A stretch of 32,000 bases of DNA from Corynebacterium glutamicum ATCC 13032. GTDB taxonomy: Bacteria > Actinomycetota > Actinomycetes > Mycobacteriales > Mycobacteriaceae. Shown here piece by piece: positions 26,676 through 32,000 of the stretch. Within the stretch, counting starts at the first letter, position 1. Every line of letters starts with the position of its first letter. The translations under genes and the position numbers were made by a program. Location of the stretch: the NCBI RefSeq assembly GCF_000011325.1, contig NC_003450.3, positions 960,001 to 992,000 of the forward strand, given 5' to 3'. The notes beneath the pieces are model-generated. The model did no database searches. It saw nothing but the letters and a program-made list of their open reading frames with translations, and was not told the DNA's origin.

Positions 26676-26715
26676 CTATAGGCTGACAGAAACTCTAAAA
26701 ACTATAGAGCTATAG
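26676..26715. promoter_or_regulatory. Two AmtR-type boxes upstream of urtA
   Basis: CTATAGAGCTATAG (26702-26715) is an exact CTAT-N6-ATAG match and is flanked by T-runs on the lower strand. CTATAGGCTGACAG (26676-26689) is CTAT-N6-ACAG. Both are followed by AAACT. The remembered AmtR consensus is tttCTAT-N6-AtAG. Confidence 0.6.
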
Positions 26716-26738
26716 AAACTTTAACTTCGGAGGTATTC

Positions 26739-28010
26739 ATGTCCCGTCCAATCGTTAAACAAGCATTCACCGTCACCGCAGTCACCGCGATGGCTTTTGC
26801 CCTGGCATCATGCACCCGCGCAGTGGATGCAACCTCCGCAGATGGAACCGCGAGCAACACCGCAGCTTCCTGTGTGGATACATCCGGCGACTCCATCAAA
26901 ATCGGCTTCATCAACTCCCTGTCCGGCACGATGGCTATCTCTGAAACCACGGTGAACCAATCCCTGCACATGGCAGCCGATGAAATCAACGCAGCCGGCG
27001 GCGTTTTGGGCAAGCAGTTGGAGATCTCTGAAGAAGACGGCGCCAGCGAACCCGCCACCTTCGCCGAACGCTCCCAACGCCTCATCCAGCAGGAATGCGT
27101 TGCAGCCGTGTTTGGTGGATGGACCTCCGCCTCCCGCAAAGCAATGCTCCCCGTCTTTGAGGGCAATAACTCCCTGCTGTTCTACCCGGTGCAGTACGAG
27201 GGCATGGAATCCTCGCCGAATATTTTCTACACCGGCGCCACCACCAACCAGCAGATCATCCCGGCTCTTGATTACCTGCGTGAAAACGGCCTGAACCGCC
27301 TTTTCCTTGTCGGTTCCGATTATGTTTTCCCACGCACTGCAAATTCCATCATCAAGGACTACGCCGAAGCCAATGGTATGGAAATCGTCGGCGAAGACTA
27401 CGCGCCGTTGGGATCCACCGACTTCACCACCATCGCCAACCGCATGCGTGACTCCAACGCAGATGCCGTGTTCAACACTTTGAATGGCGATTCCAACGTG
27501 GCGTTCTTCCGCCAGTACAACAGCCTCGGCTTCAATGCAGACACCCTTCCGGTGATGTCAGTATCCATTGCGGAAGAAGAAGTCGGAGGCATCGGCACCG
27601 CAAATATTGAGGGCCAGCTGGTGGCGTGGGACTACTACCAAACCATCGACACCCCAGAAAACGAGACCTTCGTGGAGAATTTCAAGGACCTCTACGGCCA
27701 GGACAAAGTGACCTCCGATCCGATGGAAGCTGCTTACACTAGCCTCTACCTCTGGAAAGAAATGGTAGAGAAGGCCGATTCCTTTGATGTCGCCGCAATT
27801 CAAGCAGCCGCCGACGGAACCACTTTTGATGCACCAGAAGGAACCGTGGTGGTTGACGGCGATAACCACCACATCTCCAAAACACCGCGCATCGGTCGAA
27901 TCCGCCCGGATGGATTGATCGACACCATTTGGGAAACCGATTCCCCAGTTGATCCGGACCCATACTTGTCTTCCTATGACTGGGCCAAGACCACCGCTGC
28001 GACTTCCTAA
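26739..28010 (+). CDS. urtA: Urea ABC transporter substrate-binding lipoprotein
   Basis: 423 aa with a lipobox (AFALASC) and motif [13 protein letters not shown] typical of UrtA. It is the first gene of a five-gene urt cluster. Confidence 0.88.
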   Translation: MSRPIVKQAFTVTAVTAMAFALASCTRAVDATSADGTASNTAASCVDTSGDSIKIGFINSLSGTMAISETTVNQSLHMAADEINAAGGVLGKQLEISEEDGASEPATFAERSQRLIQQECVAAVFGGWTSASRKAMLPVFEGNNSLLFYPVQYEGMESSPNIFYTGATTNQQIIPALDYLRENGLNRLFLVGSDYVFPRTANSIIKDYAEANGMEIVGEDYAPLGSTDFTTIANRMRDSNADAVFNTLNGDSNVAFFRQYNSLGFNADTLPVMSVSIAEEEVGGIGTANIEGQLVAWDYYQTIDTPENETFVENFKDLYGQDKVTSDPMEAAYTSLYLWKEMVEKADSFDVAAIQAAADGTTFDAPEGTVVVDGDNHHISKTPRIGRIRPDGLIDTIWETDSPVDPDPYLSSYDWAKTTAATS

Positions 28011-28022
28011 GAGATAAAAATC

Positions 28023-28907
28023 ATGGACATTTTACTCAATCAGCTCGTAGCCGGGCTTTCAGTTGGATCGGTCCTTCTATTGGTCGCAGTGGGATTGTCA
28101 CTGACCTTTGGACAGATGGGCGTTATTAATATGGCGCACGGAGAGTTCATCATGGTCGGCGCATACACCGCATATGTGGTGCAGCTGGTCGTCGGTTCTG
28201 CCGGTTTATCCCTACTGATCAGCATTCCGCTGGCCTTTATTATCGGTGGGCTTTTCGGAGTTCTCCTCGAACAATTCCTGCTGAAGTATCTTTATCACAG
28301 GCCACTAGACACGCTGCTGGCCACATTCGGTGTCGGTTTGATCCTTCAGCAGCTGGCCCGAAACATTTTCGGAGCTCCCGCAGTGGATGTCAGGGCACCG
28401 GAATTTCTCCGCGGAAACGTCGAAGTTCTAGGCGTCTTGGTGCCGACCGCGCGACTATTCATCCTGGCGCTGGCCATCGCATCAGTGACTGCACTAGCTG
28501 TGTTCCTAAATCGCACTGCCTGGGGCCGACGCATCCGCGCCGTGGTTCTGAACCGCGACCTCGCGGAAACCGCAGGTATTGATACCCGAGCTACTGACCG
28601 AATGACGTTCTTTGTGGGCTCCGGTCTTGCCGGAATCGCCGGGGTAGCTATCACATTGATTGGCGCGACCGGCCCCACCATCGGTCAGAACTACATCGTG
28701 GATGCCTTCCTTGTTGTTGCCGCCGGTGGCATCGGCCGGGTGAAGGGCGCTGTGATCATGGCTTTCGTGCTGGGAATTACTCAAGCATTCGTGGAATATA
28801 CGACAGGTGCGAGCATCGCGAAGTTCATCGTACTCATCGCTGTTGTTGCCTTCCTGCAGTTTAGGCCTCAAGGACTCTTCCAAACCCAAACTAGGAGCCT
28901 CGTATGA
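28023..28907 (+). CDS. urtB: Urea ABC transporter permease
   Basis: 294 aa, a LivH-type polytopic permease. Confidence 0.85.
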   Translation: MDILLNQLVAGLSVGSVLLLVAVGLSLTFGQMGVINMAHGEFIMVGAYTAYVVQLVVGSAGLSLLISIPLAFIIGGLFGVLLEQFLLKYLYHRPLDTLLATFGVGLILQQLARNIFGAPAVDVRAPEFLRGNVEVLGVLVPTARLFILALAIASVTALAVFLNRTAWGRRIRAVVLNRDLAETAGIDTRATDRMTFFVGSGLAGIAGVAITLIGATGPTIGQNYIVDAFLVVAAGGIGRVKGAVIMAFVLGITQAFVEYTTGASIAKFIVLIAVVAFLQFRPQGLFQTQTRSLV

Positions 28908-29983
28908 GCACTCAACTCAAGCTGAAGAAGCCCGCAAAGAAGAAAACTACGCCGAAACTTAGCGTCGTAAATGCTCCCACGCTGCGCACTGCGGCGTTGG
29001 GCCTGGCCGCGCTCGCTGCGGTATTGCTGTGCGCCCCGCTCTTTTTATCCACATTCCAGCTGACGTTGATGTCGCGCTTGGTGTGTTATGCGATCGTCGC
29101 AGTCGGCATCGGGCTGGCGTGGGGCAGAGGCGGCATGCTCACGCTGGGGCAAGGCGTGTTCTTTGGAATCGGCGCGTACATCATGGCCATGCACATGCTG
29201 TACAGCGATTCGCAGATTTTTGGGACCACAGTTCCGCAATGGTGGTCCATTTTTGCCAACCCGGCAGTCGCACTCATCGCAGTTGTGGCGCTTCCCGGCA
29301 TCGTGGCTTTTGTGCTCGGCTTCTCCATTTTCAAACGACGCATCAAAGGCGCCTACTTTGCCATCGTGAACCAAGCGCTCGCCGCAGCTGTTGTGGTGTT
29401 GCTGGTCGGACAACAAGATTCCCTTGGAGGTTCCAATGGTCTTTCCGGATTTCGATCGTTCATGGGTTTTGCCGTCTACGACCCCATCAACCGCATCATG
29501 TTTTACTTCACCGCAGTGGGAGTTCTCTTGGCTTTGGTGGCTATCTCATATTGGCTCATGCGCAGCCGCTATGGAGAACTGCTCGTGGCCACCAGAGATG
29601 CAGAAGAACGCGTCCGATTCCTCGGATATGATCCCGCATTGATCAAAACCGCCGCATATGTCATTGCTGCGATGATTGCCGGAATCGCCGGAGCGCTGTT
29701 CGTGCCGATCGTGGGCATCATTTCACCCGCAGAAATCGGCGTGGTGCCATCAATCGTGTTCGTGATCGCCGTCGCCGCTGGTGGCAGGGCATCCCTATTC
29801 GGTCCCGTAGTTGGCGCGCTGGTGCTGGGCTGGGTGGAATCCACACTTGCTCAAACTTTCCCCAGCATGTGGTCCTATTTCCAGGGTGCGATCCTGGTTC
29901 TCGTGATCGTGTTGCTGCCGGGCGGAATTGCTTCAATTAAACTTTCCGCGCTCAAAAATAAGGCCAGGAAGGCCACCTCATGA
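28904..29983 (+). CDS. urtC: Urea ABC transporter permease
   Basis: 359 aa, a LivM-type permease. ATGA overlaps with urtB. Confidence 0.85.
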   Translation: MSTQLKLKKPAKKKTTPKLSVVNAPTLRTAALGLAALAAVLLCAPLFLSTFQLTLMSRLVCYAIVAVGIGLAWGRGGMLTLGQGVFFGIGAYIMAMHMLYSDSQIFGTTVPQWWSIFANPAVALIAVVALPGIVAFVLGFSIFKRRIKGAYFAIVNQALAAAVVVLLVGQQDSLGGSNGLSGFRSFMGFAVYDPINRIMFYFTAVGVLLALVAISYWLMRSRYGELLVATRDAEERVRFLGYDPALIKTAAYVIAAMIAGIAGALFVPIVGIISPAEIGVVPSIVFVIAVAAGGRASLFGPVVGALVLGWVESTLAQTFPSMWSYFQGAILVLVIVLLPGGIASIKLSALKNKARKATS

Positions 29984-30708
29984 GCCTTAAAATCACCAAC
30001 CTCAAAGTCGCTTTCGGGTCGTTCATCGCCGTGAATGAGATTAGTTTTCAGGTGCTGCCCGGTCACGTCCACTTCCTCATCGGTGCCAACGGTGCAGGTA
30101 AAACCACCTGCATTGACGCGATCAGCGGATTGGCGCCGGGGCAGGGATCAGTGCAGTTGGATGGCACTGAGATTCTGGGAACCCCTGTGCACCGCATTGC
30201 TCGGATGGGTGTGGGGCGAACGTTTCAGACCGCCAGCGTGTTTGAAGAATTGTCTGTGTTGCAGAATCTGGATATTGCGTGCGGGATTCATCGTCCGTTG
30301 CGGGCGCTTCTCGGGGTGCGTCATCGGATTGATCCCCGAATTGAACACGCCCTGGAGGTCACGGGTCTTGCTGATCTGGTGAATGCTCAGGCGGGAACCT
30401 TGTCGCATGGGCAGAAACAGTGGCTGGAAATTGCAATGTTGCTGGTGCAGGATGCGCAGGTGCTCATGCTGGATGAGCCGGTGGCGGGCATGAGTGAGGA
30501 GGAGCGTGTCGCAACGGGTGAGCTTTTGCAGAGGGTTGCGCGGGGACGGGTGGTGTTGGTGGTGGAGCACGATATGGAGTTCATGCGTCGTTTTGCCACT
30601 CGCGTCACTGTGATGAATCGCGGCACGATCTTGTGTGAGGGGTCGGTCGATGAGATTCAGGCGAATCCGGATGTGCAGTCCATTTATTTAGGTACGGCAG
30701 GGAAGTGA
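29980..30708 (+). CDS. urtD: Urea ABC transporter ATP-binding protein
   Basis: 242 aa with Walker A GANGAGKTT, signature LSHGQKQ and Walker B LMLDEP. ATGA overlaps with urtC. Confidence 0.85.
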   Translation: MSLKITNLKVAFGSFIAVNEISFQVLPGHVHFLIGANGAGKTTCIDAISGLAPGQGSVQLDGTEILGTPVHRIARMGVGRTFQTASVFEELSVLQNLDIACGIHRPLRALLGVRHRIDPRIEHALEVTGLADLVNAQAGTLSHGQKQWLEIAMLLVQDAQVLMLDEPVAGMSEEERVATGELLQRVARGRVVLVVEHDMEFMRRFATRVTVMNRGTILCEGSVDEIQANPDVQSIYLGTAGK

Positions 30709-30715
30709 GTTAGTC

Positions 30716-31417
30716 ATGTTGGAAATCACTAATTTGTGTGCAGGTTATGGCCGCACGCAGGTACTTCATTCTCTTTCAATCTCCACGAGCAGCAACGGCA
30801 TCCTGTCGATCCTCGGCCACAATGGCGCTGGTAAATCCACCTTGCTGCGAACCGCGGTGGGGTTGATTAAGCCGACTTCCGGAGAGGTCAAACTTTTCGG
30901 CCAGGATGTCACCTCGTTGTCCACGCATGAGCGAGTAAAGCGCGGAATGGCTTATGTGCCGCAGGGCCAGCAGTCTTTTACGCAGCTTAGTTGCATGGAA
31001 AATTTGCAGGTGGTAGCGGATCTGCAGGGACGTGTGGGCAAGGCACGCATCGCGGAGGCGCTTGATCGCTTTCCGGCGCTGACCCAGGTGCTGGACCGCC
31101 AAGCCGGCCTGTTGTCGGGTGGTCAGCGTCAGCAGCTTGCCATCGCCCGCGCGCTGATCACGGCGCCAAAGCTTTTGCTTCTCGACGAACCCACCGAGGG
31201 TATTCAGCCTTCGGTGGTTGCTGAAATTCAGCAGACCATCATCGATTTGGCTAAGGACGGCATGAGCATTGTCCTGGTGGAGCAAAACATTGGTTTTGCA
31301 TTGGATGCTGCAACAAGCTACGCCATTGTGGCGCGTGGTCAGGTCGTGGAATCGGGACAAGGCGCTGAAACCACCGCAGAGAAGCAGACTAAAGTGCGGG
31401 AATCTCTAGCAATCTAG
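30716..31417 (+). CDS. urtE: Urea ABC transporter ATP-binding protein
   Basis: 233 aa with Walker A GHNGAGKST, signature LSGGQRQ and Walker B LLLDEP. Confidence 0.85.
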   Translation: MLEITNLCAGYGRTQVLHSLSISTSSNGILSILGHNGAGKSTLLRTAVGLIKPTSGEVKLFGQDVTSLSTHERVKRGMAYVPQGQQSFTQLSCMENLQVVADLQGRVGKARIAEALDRFPALTQVLDRQAGLLSGGQRQQLAIARALITAPKLLLLDEPTEGIQPSVVAEIQQTIIDLAKDGMSIVLVEQNIGFALDAATSYAIVARGQVVESGQGAETTAEKQTKVRESLAI

Positions 31418-32000
31418 CGGCTGTGGATAGCGTTTTGCGCAGCAGATAATCCCTGGGCCAGCAGCAAATCCACTGCCTCGGCGGCAAGTTCAATGCCTGG
31501 TTGGTCGTGATCGACTGGTTCCAAAACGTAGTCGGGCACGGCCATTCCTGCTGGTGGTCGTGAAATGCCGATGCGGACGCGCAGGTAGTCTCTGGTGCCG
31601 AGCTCTTCCGTGAGGGATTTCAGGCCGTTGTGACCGTTTTCGTTTCCGCCCTTTTTCAGGCGTACTTTTCCAGCGGGCAGATCGAGCTCGTCGTGGATCA
31701 CGATGATGCGCTCTGCTGGGATACCCAACGCTGCGGCGATCGGTGCGACACCTTGGCCGGAGTGGTTCATAAAAGTGGTGGATCGAACGGCGAGCACCCC
31801 TGGTGCGAGCTGCGTTGTGAGGGCCTTGTAGCCCGTGGCGGGGGTGAGGGGCTGCTGCTGGTGGGCGTCGATAAGCATGTCTTGGCACATGTAACCGACG
31901 TTGTGTCGGGTGGATTCGTACTTGGCGCCGGGGTTGCCCAGGCCCACGACCAGCCATTTGGCGGCGGGAAGTTCAGGCTTGGGGGCAAACAGTGCTTGGA
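31414..32000 (-). CDS. pth: Peptidyl-tRNA hydrolase (5' end beyond the window)
   Basis: Motifs GLGNPGAKYESTRHNVG and NGHNGLKS are present. The frame stays open upstream to the window edge (..KPELPAAKWLVVGLGNPG), so the true start is outside or at the edge of the window. Confidence 0.85.
   Translation of the reverse strand, partial: QALFAPKPELPAAKWLVVGLGNPGAKYESTRHNVGYMCQDMLIDAHQQQPLTPATGYKALTTQLAPGVLAVRSTTFMNHSGQGVAPIAAALGIPAERIIVIHDELDLPAGKVRLKKGGNENGHNGLKSLTEELGTRDYLRVRIGISRPPAGMAVPDYVLEPVDHDQPGIELAAEAVDLLLAQGLSAAQNAIHSR

Overview
This is a 32-kb actinobacterial chromosome segment carrying about 30 protein-coding genes, most of them housekeeping. The gene order is tatD-rpf2-ksgA-ispE, ABC-F ATPase, pdxK, thioredoxin-like protein, two ABM proteins, ppk2, HAD phosphatase, enoyl-CoA hydratase, mycolyltransferase, tetR-cmpL, rraA, prfC, urtABCDE and pth. 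The order and the protein sequences match my memory of the Corynebacterium glutamicum NCgl0872-NCgl0897 neighbourhood, but I cannot run a search to confirm this. I saw no rRNA, tRNA or CRISPR array. Two stretches look accessory. The first (1-2800) holds a heavily decayed IS3-family element, a GC-rich cmtR-cadD metal-resistance pair and a 547-bp AT-rich ORF-free spacer containing a perfect 3x16-bp tandem repeat. The second (21.5-24.9 kb) holds a low-GC membrane-protein gene, a DUF2199-like gene interrupted by an amber codon at codon 7, and a DUF222/HNH (REP13E12-type) endonuclease gene. That endonuclease gene is preceded by a ~31-bp tandem repeat carrying two perfect DnaA-box 9-mers. I did not find a convincing new multi-gene system. 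The least explained signals are non-coding repeats and palindromes, the amber-interrupted gene, an internally duplicated 404-aa protein of unknown function, and unusual low-complexity tails on PPK2, the mycolyltransferase and the HNH protein. Domain and family names come from motif recognition by eye and memory, not from database searches.
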